Positions 18,187-28,500 of a stretch of DNA of 64,000 nt are shown here, piece by piece. Numbering within the stretch: the first letter of the stretch is position 1; each line of letters starts with the position of its first letter. The position numbers were made by a program, and so were the translations under genes. Under the pieces are notes generated by a model. It had not been told where the DNA came from and did not search any database. It saw nothing but the letters and a program-made list of their open reading frames with translations. Source of the stretch: Candidatus Heimdallarchaeota archaeon (GTDB lineage Archaea > Asgardarchaeota > Heimdallarchaeia > Heimdallarchaeales > Heimdallarchaeaceae); the NCBI GenBank assembly GCA_018238545.1, contig JABCTC010000007.1:1-64000 (forward strand). The letters are read 5' to 3'.

Positions 18187-21100
18187 TTAAATTGGAACGA
18201 GTCCAATTGTAACTTCAAAATCATCAAATTCCCATTCTTTAATATGACCCTCTTTAGGTATGGCCAATTTGAGTTCTGAACTTAATGTTTCTTCTTTTAT
18301 GTATTCTGTAAATTTTTCAAGAGCTTCTGAACCAAATTCGTCAGTTTTTAATGTTAACAGAATTTTTTGTGTATACTCTAAATCCAATTCTTTTCTCATT
18401 GTTTGAACTCTTCTTATTATGTCTCTAACATAGCCTTCTTGTTTAAGTTCTGCAGTTATGATTGAATTGAAAAGCAATAGATATCCTTCTGCTTCCTCGC
18501 CCGCAAAACCTTCTTGCACGTCTATTCTGTATTCTAAGTCTTCAGGGGTTAGTTCAAACTCCTCTTTCTCTAATTTAAGAAGAACATTTTCTCCTGAACT
18601 GAGTTTTTTCACAAATTCATTTGCTTCTTGTGGATTAAGGTTTTCTAGTTTTACTCGTATATCATTTATTACAGATTTTACTTTAGGGGCTAAGATTTTG
18701 AAATTAGGTTTAATAACATAGCTAACCAATTCATCTGAGCTCGCTTGAAGAACTACTCTTTTTACATTGAGTTCATCTTTGAATAAATTTTCATACTTCA
18801 AGATTAATTCCTCTTTACCCAATGGTGTTATAACTATTAATTCCGAAAGAGGCTGCCTTAATTTTATGTTGGCTGAAGAGCGTATACTTCGTCCTGTAGT
18901 AACTAAACCTATTACTTTGTTCATTTCTTCAGAAAGCTGTGAATCAACTTGTTTTTTGTTAAATTTTGGAAACAAGCACATATGCACACTCATTAGTGCT
19001 TCCTTATCCAAAGATTTGACAAGATTCTTGTACAATGCCTCTGTTAAGAATGGCATAAACGGTGCTAGTAGTTTTGTTAAAGTTTTGAGCACTTCATAAG
19101 TTGTGATAAAGGCTGATTTTTTGTCTTGATCTAACTCAGTTTTCCAGAACCTTCTTCTTGATTGTCGAAGATACCAGTTACTAAATTTATCTAGAACAAA
19201 TTTCTCGAATGCTTGCACAGATTGATGAACTACTAAATCTTCCATATTTTCCTCTACAGTTTTTATTAAGTAATTTAACTCACTTATCATCCATCGATCA
19301 AGCTCTGGTCTTTCCTTTAATGGAACTGAAAAGGCAGCTAAATCAAACTGATCAACATTTGCATTAGAAACAAAGAAACTGTAACTATTCCAAAGCGTTA
19401 GTATTAATTTCTTCATGGAATCACTTATGTGACTTGGTACCAATCTAACGCTTGACCATGTAGGATTTGAAAATAGATACCATCTTACGGCATCAGCTCC
19501 AAATTGGTCTATAATGTCGTGAGAAAAGATGACATTTCCTTTACTCTTACTCATTTTTCTACCATTGCCGTCCAAAGTTAATCCCATAGTTAAGCAATTC
19601 AAGAACGCTGGTTTATCAAATAGAACAGTGCTTATTGCTAATAATGTATAAAACCATCCTCTAGTTTGATCTATAGCTTCAGTGATAAAATCAAATGGAA
19701 AGTGCTTTTCAAATAATTCTTTGTTCTCAAATGGATAATGATATTGTGCAAAGGGCGCACACCCTGATTCATACCAACAATCTATTACATATGGAACTCT
19801 TCTTGCTACTTCTTTACATTCTGGACATTCAAAAGTCACTTCATCTACCCAAGGACGATGTAAACTGAAGCCTTCAGGTAATGGTTTCCCAGAAAGATCT
19901 TCAAGTTCCTTTCTACTTCCTAATATTGTATGATGATCATTCAGGCATGTCCATATTGGCAGAGGTGCTCCCCAGAATCGATTGCGTGATAACGCCCAAT
20001 CTCTTGCTTCTCGTATGAAATTCCCAAATCTGCCTTCTTTTAAATGAGCAGGTTGCCAGCGTATTTGTTCGTTATTTGCAACTAATTTCTCTCTCATTTC
20101 CGACATTTTAATGTACCATGTTTCAGTAGAATAATATAACAATGGTCCATCACAGCGATAGCAAAATGGATATGTGTGTTTGTAAGTTCCCTGTTTTAAG
20201 AGTAGACCTCTCTCTTTTAGATTCTTTATGATTTTTGGATCTGCTTTTTTGACGAATAAGCCGGCAAAGTCAGTAATTTCATCAGAGAAATTACCATTCT
20301 CTAATACCGGATTCATCAAAGGCAATCCATATTTCTTTCCTGTTATTGAATCATCTTCTCCAAAAGCTGGTGCAGAATGAACAATACCGGTACCATCTTC
20401 TGTTGTAACATAGTCTGCTAAAGTTACAAAAAATGCTTCTTCTTCTGGTACAATGAAAGGAAATAGTTGTTCGTACTTCTTTCTTTCTAAATCCTTACCT
20501 TTAAATTTCATGAGAACTTTATAGTCTTCGAACAGATTTTCAGCATTTTTTTTAGCAAGTATGAATTTTTCTCCTTCATGTTCTATTTGAACATAATCTA
20601 TATCTGGGTGTACTGTCAAACAGATATTTGATATCAAAGTCCAAGGTGTAGTGGTCCACGCAAGATAGTATGTGTCATCGAAGTCAAGTGATCTGAATTT
20701 GATGAATATTGAAGGATCTGTTGTTTCCTTCATACCTTGTCCTACTTCATGAGAAGATAGTGGAGTGCCACATCTGGGACAATAAGGTACAACTTTGTAA
20801 CCAAGATACATCAAACCTTTATTATATATCTCTTTTAGTGACCACCAGACACTCTCTATGTAGTTCTCATCCATGGTGATATATGGGTTATCTAAATCTA
20901 ACCAGAATCCTATCCTTACTGACATATCGTGCCATTCTTTAACATACTTGAAGACAGACTTCCTACACGCTTCATTGAAGTCCCTCATTCCATACTCTTC
21001 AATGTCTGATTTAGCTGTAAAACCCAGTTCCTTCTCAACCTGTAATTCAACTGGAAGTCCGTGACAATCCCAACCTGCAATGTATGGTTGAATATCAAAA

Positions 21101-21345
21101 TCATGCATGAGTTTGTATCTCAAAAATACATCTTTTGTTGCTCTTGTTAGAGCATGCCCTGCGTGAGGTAAACCATTTGCGGTTGGTGGTCCTTCTAACC
21201 ATCTGTATAACTTTTTACCTTTTTTACTTTCTCTCACTTTGTTGAAAACATCACTTTTTTCCCAAAACTCCAGAACTTTTTCTTCTTCTTCAGGAAACGA
21301 GACTGTTGTTTTTACAGTTTCAAATACTTGTTTCTTCTTATCCAT
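18187..21345 (-). CDS. ileS: Isoleucyl-tRNA synthetase (archaeal/eukaryotic type)
   Basis: EGPPTANGLPHAGH, GWDCHGLPVE, WTTTPWTL, DQTRGWFY, KMSKS. Confidence 0.97.
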   Translation of the reverse strand: MDKKKQVFETVKTTVSFPEEEEKVLEFWEKSDVFNKVRESKKGKKLYRWLEGPPTANGLPHAGHALTRATKDVFLRYKLMHDFDIQPYIAGWDCHGLPVELQVEKELGFTAKSDIEEYGMRDFNEACRKSVFKYVKEWHDMSVRIGFWLDLDNPYITMDENYIESVWWSLKEIYNKGLMYLGYKVVPYCPRCGTPLSSHEVGQGMKETTDPSIFIKFRSLDFDDTYYLAWTTTPWTLISNICLTVHPDIDYVQIEHEGEKFILAKKNAENLFEDYKVLMKFKGKDLERKKYEQLFPFIVPEEEAFFVTLADYVTTEDGTGIVHSAPAFGEDDSITGKKYGLPLMNPVLENGNFSDEITDFAGLFVKKADPKIIKNLKERGLLLKQGTYKHTYPFCYRCDGPLLYYSTETWYIKMSEMREKLVANNEQIRWQPAHLKEGRFGNFIREARDWALSRNRFWGAPLPIWTCLNDHHTILGSRKELEDLSGKPLPEGFSLHRPWVDEVTFECPECKEVARRVPYVIDCWYESGCAPFAQYHYPFENKELFEKHFPFDFITEAIDQTRGWFYTLLAISTVLFDKPAFLNCLTMGLTLDGNGRKMSKSKGNVIFSHDIIDQFGADAVRWYLFSNPTWSSVRLVPSHISDSMKKLILTLWNSYSFFVSNANVDQFDLAAFSVPLKERPELDRWMISELNYLIKTVEENMEDLVVHQSVQAFEKFVLDKFSNWYLRQSRRRFWKTELDQDKKSAFITTYEVLKTLTKLLAPFMPFLTEALYKNLVKSLDKEALMSVHMCLFPKFNKKQVDSQLSEEMNKVIGLVTTGRSIRSSANIKLRQPLSELIVITPLGKEELILKYENLFKDELNVKRVVLQASSDELVSYVIKPNFKILAPKVKSVINDIRVKLENLNPQEANEFVKKLSSGENVLLKLEKEEFELTPEDLEYRIDVQEGFAGEEAEGYLLLFNSIITAELKQEGYVRDIIRRVQTMRKELDLEYTQKILLTLKTDEFGSEALEKFTEYIKEETLSSELKLAIPKEGHIKEWEFDDFEVTIGLVPI

Positions 21346-21366
21346 AGTAATCTTCTCCAAAATATC

Positions 21367-21466
21367 TGTTAGAAACTATATACGGCACGCTACGGAGGTT
21401 CTTCAAAAAATGTTTTATTTTAGTGAATTTCGCGATCCATCCTAATTCCTCTGTGCCTATGTTTCT
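21367..21466 (-). promoter_or_regulatory. Structured RNA upstream of ileS (leader or ncRNA candidate)
   Basis: Nested inverted repeats AGAAAC/GUUUCU, GGCAC/GUGCC, GAGG/CCUC and inner UUAG..UGGAU/AUUCA.CUAA. Confidence 0.4.
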
Positions 21467-21524
21467 TCCTCTACCACGTTTAAAAAGATTCTGTATTTTG
21501 ATATTGAAGTGCTCTAACCTTATT

Positions 21525-21977
21525 TTATGTGATTAAGCCTCTTTCTATTAGAAAAGATTTGTAATTAACTTGTTTGGTAAACGCCCTTAATTTTATTGCC
21601 AGTTTTATTATATTTGAGGAATCTGTAATAAACAGCTTATCTACATATATGGCATTTTTATCAAATCTCAAGAAGAACGTATTTCTTTTGGAATCAAACC
21701 TGTTCTCGAATTCAGAACCTAGAAATTCTTTGTCCTCATCTGACAATCTTGAAGATATATATTTAATTATTTTATCAATGGCTGTGGTTTTGGTGAAAGC
21801 TACTTCTATAAACTTGATAGGGTTACCATAACCTCCCTCTAGTGTGGATTCAGTAATTGTTGCATGATCCTGGTTAATTCCTTTTGTAAGATTTAATAAC
21901 GCAGTCATGTTTTTTTCTATAACTTCAGTTACATGAACTGAAAAACTAAAAGTGAGTTTGCTAGCTATGATGTCCAT
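21525..21977 (-). CDS. DUF54-type RNA-binding protein (exosome-superoperon associated)
   Basis: VHVTE, EGGYGNPI, FFLRFDK; downstream of rpl15e as in other archaea. Confidence 0.85.
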   Translation of the reverse strand: MDIIASKLTFSFSVHVTEVIEKNMTALLNLTKGINQDHATITESTLEGGYGNPIKFIEVAFTKTTAIDKIIKYISSRLSDEDKEFLGSEFENRFDSKRNTFFLRFDKNAIYVDKLFITDSSNIIKLAIKLRAFTKQVNYKSFLIERGLIT

Positions 21978-22070
21978 TTCTCTTCAGTAAATAAAGGAAT
22001 TCTCTTTACAAAAATGAATATTTGCATAGTGAACAATTACAAGCATGTTGAAAAATAAAGAAAAATGAGG

Positions 22071-22700
22071 TTAATTTCCTCCTCTTCCATGAGCACGTAG
22101 TGATGGTCTAATCTTCTCCGCACCATATCCCTTATTACGAAGACCACGAGATTTTCTAGCAGCGCTGGTTAAACCTCTATGAACCCTTCCTCTATGTACA
22201 GGGTTTTTGATGTAGAAAACATTCTCTCCGCGAAGCTCTTTTAATGAAATCCAGCTTGTTCTGGGGTCTTTTGCAATTACTGGATGTTGTGGATCTATTA
22301 GGATAATCTCAAAGAATTTGTGCTTTCCGTCTTGACCTACCCAGTAAGAATTTAAGACCTCTAAATTGCTATATCTTCTACCCACTCTTTCTTCAGCAAT
22401 AACTTTGATGCTCTTCTTTGGAGTAATTTTGTTTACACCCATGTTTCGAGATTTTCTTCCCCTAACTGGTCGTTGTTTTCTTCTTCCTCCTCTTCTAACC
22501 CGAGCTCGAACTATAACATAACCTTGTTTAGCCTTATAGCCTAAAGTTCTAGCCCTATCCAGTCTTGTGGGTCTCTCAACACGTTCAGTAGCCCCCTCTC
22601 TTCGCCATTGGATAATCCTTTGGCGCATCAGATCTTTGAATTCAGGAGAATTGCGATTTTTCCAAAAATCTCCGATATACTTATACATACTTTTAGTCAT
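22071..22700 (-). CDS. rpl15e: 50S ribosomal protein L15e
   Basis: [37 protein letters not shown]. Confidence 0.97.
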   Translation of the reverse strand: MTKSMYKYIGDFWKNRNSPEFKDLMRQRIIQWRREGATERVERPTRLDRARTLGYKAKQGYVIVRARVRRGGRRKQRPVRGRKSRNMGVNKITPKKSIKVIAEERVGRRYSNLEVLNSYWVGQDGKHKFFEIILIDPQHPVIAKDPRTSWISLKELRGENVFYIKNPVHRGRVHRGLTSAARKSRGLRNKGYGAEKIRPSLRAHGRGGN

Positions 22701-22704
22701 TTTA

Positions 22705-22745
22705 ATCACCTAACGATTCCCGGGTGGACATCTCGTCAGTTAATC
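22705..22745 (-). promoter_or_regulatory. Hairpin leader abutting the rpl15e SD (putative ribosomal-protein leader)
   Basis: CUGACGA-(GAUGUCCACCCGGGAA)-UCGUUAG stem whose 3' arm runs into AGGUGA. Confidence 0.45.
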
Positions 22746-23041
22746 TCACATTTTTCGTACCAATTTTAAAAGTTATGATTTTGTTCTTTTTTAAAATTAA
22801 TATTATTATTTTCTCTTATGTGAGTGGTACACATACCTTCTGAATGTTTTAGCAACTAATGGTTATATTCAAAGGGATGTCCCCAGATACATGATTAATG
22901 GAACGAGAACACATCTTTATGAGGAACATAACAAGAAAGTAATGGATAATAACCAAAATAGGACGCTAGAAGAACATATGAGTAAAACGGTTGAAATTAT
23001 GGTTTAAAGAAAAATTCAAATGTTAATGTTTTCCTAGTTAT

Positions 23042-23476
23042 TTGATTGCCATGAGTTCCTTTGATGTATTTCAGATAGGAGAAGTAAAAATCGATCAAGA
23101 TTCTTACTATATTGAAATTTATGAATCCCACATATTAGGTTTGCGACATATTGAGAAATTTGGTCACATCATTGTGTTATGGTGGATTTCAATGAGAAAC
23201 ACCCCTAAGGATAGAGCAACATTGCTAGTGACGCCGCCTAGGTTGACCAATCCAGTAGAAACAGGCGTTTTTTCGTCTAGAAGTCCTTCGAGACCCAATC
23301 CAATTGGTCTTACAAAGGTAAAACTCCTAAAGGTGGAAAATAATAAATTATTCGTTGATAGAATTGATGCTTTGGATGGCACACCTGTTTTAGATATCAA
23401 ACCATATCTCCCCGGTGATAGTGTTTCACTAATCGATATTAGGTTGCCTGAATGGTTTGAATCATTAAAAGATTAA
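23042..23476 (+). CDS. tsaA: tRNA m6t6A37 methyltransferase TrmO/TsaA (YaeB)
   Basis: GVFSSRSPSRPNPIGLT, DALDGTPVLDIKPY. Confidence 0.9.
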   Translation: MIAMSSFDVFQIGEVKIDQDSYYIEIYESHILGLRHIEKFGHIIVLWWISMRNTPKDRATLLVTPPRLTNPVETGVFSSRSPSRPNPIGLTKVKLLKVENNKLFVDRIDALDGTPVLDIKPYLPGDSVSLIDIRLPEWFESLKD

Positions 23477-23554
23477 ACTCCCTCATTATTTTCCCATTCC
23501 TCCTTTCTTTATTTTTGTGTTTTTATACGGTATTTTAGAAAATAGTTTGATTAT

Positions 23555-24436
23555 ATGAGTAAGAAGAAAGGTTACAAGAGCCATTCTTATTTTGAAGATG
23601 GAAAAGTTATATTGATTACCGGAGCATCTTCAGGAATTGGAAAGAGCGTAGCTTTAGCATTAGCAAACTATGATACAAAGTTGATCATCATAGCTAGAAG
23701 AAAAAGTAAACTGATACAAATAGCTCGTCAATTACGAAAACTGAAAATCAAGGTTTTACCAATAGTTGGAGATGTAAGAAATAGAGATGATCGAGCTAGA
23801 ATGATCGAGCACTCATTAAAGAAATTTGGTAGAATTGATGTGTTGATTAATAATGCTGGATTAGGTAAAGCTAATCTCTTCTTAGAACAGCCAATCTCCG
23901 AAATAGATGAACTAATTGAAACAAATATTCTGGGTTTAATAAAAATGTCTAAGTTAGTAATACCAATAATGAAAAAGCAGAATGAAGGCCATATAATCAA
24001 TCTTTCTTCTTCCTTAGCACTTCTGCCGGTGTATCCCTTTGCTGTATATTGTGCCACAAAATCTGCTGTTAAAACATTTGGTGATTGTATCAGAGACGAA
24101 GTAAAAGAATATGGGATAAAAGTATCAACTGTCCTTCCTGGACCTTATAATACAGAGTTTCATAAAGTGGCAGGTTTAGATGATTCTTCATACCCAAGTT
24201 ATTCCGTGTCAAAACTAGCTGAAAAAATTGCTAAACTTGTAATAAAACCCAAAGAAAATCTTATACAACCTTGGTTTTTCATTCCACTTGTTTGGATAGC
24301 TACTAGATTCAGGTTCATAAAAAGAAAAATTACCTTGCCCATCTCCAAATCCATTATGGAAGGGAAAATCAGAAAAGAAAAAAATGAATTCAAGAAAAAA
24401 GAAGAGGAAATGAAAATTACTGTTAAAATTCCTTAA
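23555..24436 (+). CDS. Short-chain dehydrogenase/reductase
   Basis: TGASSGIG, NNAG, YCATK. Confidence 0.93.
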   Translation: MSKKKGYKSHSYFEDGKVILITGASSGIGKSVALALANYDTKLIIIARRKSKLIQIARQLRKLKIKVLPIVGDVRNRDDRARMIEHSLKKFGRIDVLINNAGLGKANLFLEQPISEIDELIETNILGLIKMSKLVIPIMKKQNEGHIINLSSSLALLPVYPFAVYCATKSAVKTFGDCIRDEVKEYGIKVSTVLPGPYNTEFHKVAGLDDSSYPSYSVSKLAEKIAKLVIKPKENLIQPWFFIPLVWIATRFRFIKRKITLPISKSIMEGKIRKEKNEFKKKEEEMKITVKIP

Positions 24437-24448
24437 TTCTTTGAAAAG

Positions 24449-26314
24449 TTATGCTGCAACAAAATATTTTCCTTCAGCCTTTTGTTTTTTATCCAATTGT
24501 GAATCTTTCTTATTTACTCTAGGTCTTAGAGTTCTGGGATCTTGTCTAAATGTAATATCCATTCTCCTTAAGAATTCGTTCATACCCAATTGAAGGGATC
24601 CAATTCTGCTACTTTTTCCGATTTCCCCTGGTTTTCCATCGAAAACAATTAATCTGTCAGAAGCGAAATTTAGCATCATTACGTCATGTTCTACTACTAG
24701 AGCAGGCATTTCGTAATGACTTACAACTCTTTTAATAACTTTTGCAACATTTGCCCTGTCTTCAGATGAAATATATGCACTAGGTTCGTCCAAGAGGAAT
24801 AAATTTGCTTTTGAATTTCCTAAACAAGCCGCAATACTGACTTTCTGTAATTCTCCTCCTGAAAGTTCACATAATTGAGAATCAAGTAATTTTGCAAATT
24901 TTAATGGATTTATTATCTCTGACTTATGCCACCCACTTGTTAACATTACTGGGTTAATTTCACGTAAGTATTCTTCTACAGTTTTTTCAGATTCCGTGTA
25001 TAAATACTGGGGTTTATAGCTAACAGTTAGCTTCTTTCTATGTTCATCGCCAATTCCTAGAGATATTTCAGATTTATCCTCTTCCTTGGTAGACGTTTGA
25101 ATAAGCAATTGTAAGGGTTCAGAGATTGTTGTAGGTTCTAGCTCCCCAGCTAACATTTTTACAAAGGTTGTTTTCCCAATACCGTTTGGTCCTAGGATAC
25201 CTACAACTTCTCCTTTATAGAGCTCTCCTCCTTTTGCTGAAAGACTGAAAGCATCAAAATCCTTTGTCATGTCCCCATATTTTATAGCGATTCGATGCGA
25301 AGTATATTTATCTTCAAATGTTGTCTTTTTGAAAATGATTGGTTCTGGTCTAAAGCGCATATTCTCTGAAGGGATATATCCATCAAGGAAAATATTAATT
25401 CCTTCTCTAACAGAATGGGGGTGACTAACTATACCGTATGCACCAGCCTCACCATAATACATATGGATTTGATCACTCAAATAATCCAACATTGCGAGAT
25501 CATGTTCTACAACGATTAAAGTTTGTTTTGGAGATTTCATCTCATTAATGTATTGAGAAATTTTGACTCTTTCCTTAACATCCAAATATGAAGTTGGTTC
25601 ATCAAAGAGGTAAACATCTGCTTCTTGTACAATACTAGCCGCAATAGCCATTCTTTGTAGCTCACCACCGCTTAGTTTTGAGATATCTCTATCCCAAATC
25701 TTGCTTAAAGAAAAAATTTCTTTAACTTCATCTTGAATTCCCTTTTCGTCTACTTTTTTAATTAAATCTGCGACATTTCCTTTTACAACGCGGGGTAATT
25801 TATCCACATTTTGAGGCTTCAATATGGTTTTCAATTCTTTATCAGCAAGTTTTTGGAAATAAGTCTGAATCTCAGTTCCTCTGTAATTTTCTATAATCTC
25901 ATCCCAGTCAGGAGGATCATCAAACCTTCCTAGATTTGGTTTAAGGTTTCCTTGTAAAATATTCAAAGTTGTTGATTTTCCAGAACCATTCTGTCCCACT
26001 AGCCCTATAACCTGACCAATTTTTGGCATAGGTAAGCGATGTAGTTTAAAACCGTTTATGCTGTATCTGTGTGTAACTTCTTTATCAAAATCCTCGGGCA
26101 AGTTTACTATGGTGATACAGTGAAATGGGCACTTTTTCACACATATAGCAATTCCAGAGCATAAAGATTCATGAATAACCGCTTTGTTGCTCGGAGGATC
26201 AAATGTGATAGTCTCTTTACCCGCCCTTACTGAGGGGCAGTATTTGTAACAAACTTGACCACATTTATCCGGTCTACATTTATCCTGATTAATTACGGCG
26301 ATACGAGTCATCAA
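24449..26314 (-). CDS. abce1: Ribosome recycling ATPase ABCE1/Rli1
   Basis: N-terminal Fe-S domain CRPDKC..C...CP, two ABC domains (GQNGSGKST, LSGGELQ twice), RPRVNK tail. Confidence 0.96.
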   Translation of the reverse strand: MMTRIAVINQDKCRPDKCGQVCYKYCPSVRAGKETITFDPPSNKAVIHESLCSGIAICVKKCPFHCITIVNLPEDFDKEVTHRYSINGFKLHRLPMPKIGQVIGLVGQNGSGKSTTLNILQGNLKPNLGRFDDPPDWDEIIENYRGTEIQTYFQKLADKELKTILKPQNVDKLPRVVKGNVADLIKKVDEKGIQDEVKEIFSLSKIWDRDISKLSGGELQRMAIAASIVQEADVYLFDEPTSYLDVKERVKISQYINEMKSPKQTLIVVEHDLAMLDYLSDQIHMYYGEAGAYGIVSHPHSVREGINIFLDGYIPSENMRFRPEPIIFKKTTFEDKYTSHRIAIKYGDMTKDFDAFSLSAKGGELYKGEVVGILGPNGIGKTTFVKMLAGELEPTTISEPLQLLIQTSTKEEDKSEISLGIGDEHRKKLTVSYKPQYLYTESEKTVEEYLREINPVMLTSGWHKSEIINPLKFAKLLDSQLCELSGGELQKVSIAACLGNSKANLFLLDEPSAYISSEDRANVAKVIKRVVSHYEMPALVVEHDVMMLNFASDRLIVFDGKPGEIGKSSRIGSLQLGMNEFLRRMDITFRQDPRTLRPRVNKKDSQLDKKQKAEGKYFVAA

Positions 26315-26436
26315 TTTCGAAAAAACATTTTACGTTTAAAAGTGTAAGGATTGAAAATAACTTTCTCTGTGCAATCAAAAGCGAATCTATAAATAAGGCG
26401 TTGCGCATTTATATTTCGTAAGGAGTTAATAATTAA

Positions 26437-27093
26437 ATGCCTATTCCAGATAGTATCTTAGCTAAAGAATATAGTCTTGTTATGGAACGAGCATATGCAT
26501 TCGAACCAATAGATGGGAATTTAACAAAGTGGAGAGGATTTGTTTCAGCAATTTCTGATGAAGGAGAAATTCCTGTAGAAGTTGAGATAAGTTTACCAAA
26601 TGCATTTCCTGATTCTCCACCAGAAATTGAAATTTTAACGCCAATAACCCATCCAAATATTAATACTGAAGGTTTTTTGGAAATGCGAGTACTTGCTAGA
26701 TGGAGACCTAGTTATCACCTATTCCAAGTGATTGTGGAGGTAATCCGTTTGTTTTCAAAAGTACCTGCTAGAAAAATTACAACAGGACCAAAGTGGAAAG
26801 CACCAGAGAATCAACTTGATCCTTTAATTGCGCAGAAAGAACAATTATCAATTATTTTACAAAATAAGAAGACAGAATTAGCAGATATACAATCAAAGAG
26901 TTCTTCACAAATTACAACTAGAGTTCTAAATCAAGAAAAGAAGAAACATTTAGAGGATGAAATTCTTAATGTAGAAAACGAACTTTTTGCAATTGAATCT
27001 CAGTTTGAAGATTATGAAATTTCAAGTTTAGAGTTTTCAAAGAAGTATTTTATGCTAAAAAAGAGATTGTACCTATTGGAAACTAAGTCTTAA
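26437..27093 (+). CDS. UEV-Vps23/TSG101-like ESCRT-I protein
   Basis: UBC fold (LTKWRG, FPDSPP, ITHPNI) lacking the catalytic Cys (GFLEM), coiled coil, steadiness-box-like EISSLEFSKKYFMLKKRLY. Confidence 0.75.
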   Translation: MPIPDSILAKEYSLVMERAYAFEPIDGNLTKWRGFVSAISDEGEIPVEVEISLPNAFPDSPPEIEILTPITHPNINTEGFLEMRVLARWRPSYHLFQVIVEVIRLFSKVPARKITTGPKWKAPENQLDPLIAQKEQLSIILQNKKTELADIQSKSSSQITTRVLNQEKKKHLEDEILNVENELFAIESQFEDYEISSLEFSKKYFMLKKRLYLLETKS

Positions 27094-27415
27094 TATTCTT
27101 TTTCTTCTCTTTCTTATCTAGCATTTTGGCTTGTTTCTTTTCTCTCTTAATTTTTTTTATTTCCTTTATGTCCTCCTTACTAAGCATAAGTCGCTTTGTT
27201 ATATAGTACCAAATATATAACCAAATAGCTATCAAAATTATACTAATAAGTACCTTGGAAGTACCAATGATGAAGTTAATTGTGGGGTTTGTATGCACAG
27301 GAATTCCAACAATTAATGCATCGATAATTGCACAAATACCTATGAAGGTTCCGAAAACAAATAACTCAAGACCAAGGATCCTATATATCTTTGGAGTTAG
27401 TATATGTAACCTCAT
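27083..27415 (-). CDS. Small 2-TM membrane protein
   Basis: Two hydrophobic helices, Lys-rich tail; start overlaps the upstream stop. Confidence 0.65.
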   Translation of the reverse strand: MRLHILTPKIYRILGLELFVFGTFIGICAIIDALIVGIPVHTNPTINFIIGTSKVLISIILIAIWLYIWYYITKRLMLSKEDIKEIKKIKREKKQAKMLDKKEKKKNIKT

Positions 27416-28452
27416 TAAATCACCACTCTTATCAATATAGCAGTTATTATTGCTAGTATGCTACTGAAAACTGTAAGAATTCCAAAACTTTTTACAATAT
27501 CTTTTTCATGTAACGGACCTTTTTGTATTATCAATCCTACTAATGTGATTGGAGCTTTTTGATCATTAGTTGATTCAATCTTCCAGTCTTTCGTCATCTT
27601 TGTTGGTCTAGCCATTTTTCTTCGTTCTAATAATCCTTTAACACTACTAATTATTCCGAAGGAATTCATTATAAATGGGATGATGGCTATTATTATCACA
27701 ATTTCAAGACGACCTAAAACAGCAATAGCACCTAAAGAAGCTCCAATTGTTAGACTACTCGAATCACCACCAAAAACTCGGGCTGGATAGCGATTATAAA
27801 TTAGAAAAGCTATTAGAACTCCTGTTATCATTAACACAAAAATATTTGTTGGATCTAAAGAAGCGAAATCTCTATTGAATATGATTAAATTTGCAATAAA
27901 AGTAGCAATTAGAACAATGATCGTAGTTATAGCCATTGAACCATTAAAAACATCAATCATATTCACTGCATTAGCAGGAACCGTTATGATAAATGGCAAA
28001 AGTATAAGGTAAACTATAGTTAATCTTGTTTGTCCTATTAGTGGGAATAATGGTTCAGGATTGTATAATGGTCCGGAACTGAACCAAGTAGAAGCAATTA
28101 TGGGAACTGAAGCTATAAGCAAAAGAGCTGGTTTTAGAATGGCACTTAAAGTCAAAAAATCATCAATAATGCCTATGATTCCTGCGATTGTTATTGTTAT
28201 GCAAAATATACCAATCATTAGTTGTGCATTCGAATCATCAACAACTAAAATTGTTATCACTGAACTAATTATAAGTGAGATAATTATGACAATACCCCCC
28301 ATTTCTGCGACTTTTGGTTGCTCTTTCTTATGAATGTCTATTCCAAAAATCCCCTTATTAAGCATAAATTTGATGAAAAACGGAAAACCTATTCCTGATA
28401 AAAATAAGGGAACAGTAAATGCTATTATGTAAACGATTAATGAACTTACCAT
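27415..28452 (-). CDS. UDP-GlcNAc:dolichyl-phosphate GlcNAc-1-P transferase (AglH/Alg7-like, MraY family)
   Basis: GIDIHK, EMGG, GIIDD, NAVNMIDVFNG, YPARVFGGD; multi-TM. Confidence 0.88.
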   Translation of the reverse strand: MVSSLIVYIIAFTVPLFLSGIGFPFFIKFMLNKGIFGIDIHKKEQPKVAEMGGIVIIISLIISSVITILVVDDSNAQLMIGIFCITITIAGIIGIIDDFLTLSAILKPALLLIASVPIIASTWFSSGPLYNPEPLFPLIGQTRLTIVYLILLPFIITVPANAVNMIDVFNGSMAITTIIVLIATFIANLIIFNRDFASLDPTNIFVLMITGVLIAFLIYNRYPARVFGGDSSSLTIGASLGAIAVLGRLEIVIIIAIIPFIMNSFGIISSVKGLLERRKMARPTKMTKDWKIESTNDQKAPITLVGLIIQKGPLHEKDIVKSFGILTVFSSILAIITAILIRVVI

Positions 28453-28500
28453 TAGCCAAACGTTCGTTGTCTATATTTGAAATTTACTGTTGACAATGAT

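Noticed and set aside
26437-27093. Active E2 ubiquitin-conjugating enzyme
   Set aside because: HPN is present but the catalytic Cys position is Glu, and the protein has no Cys at all.
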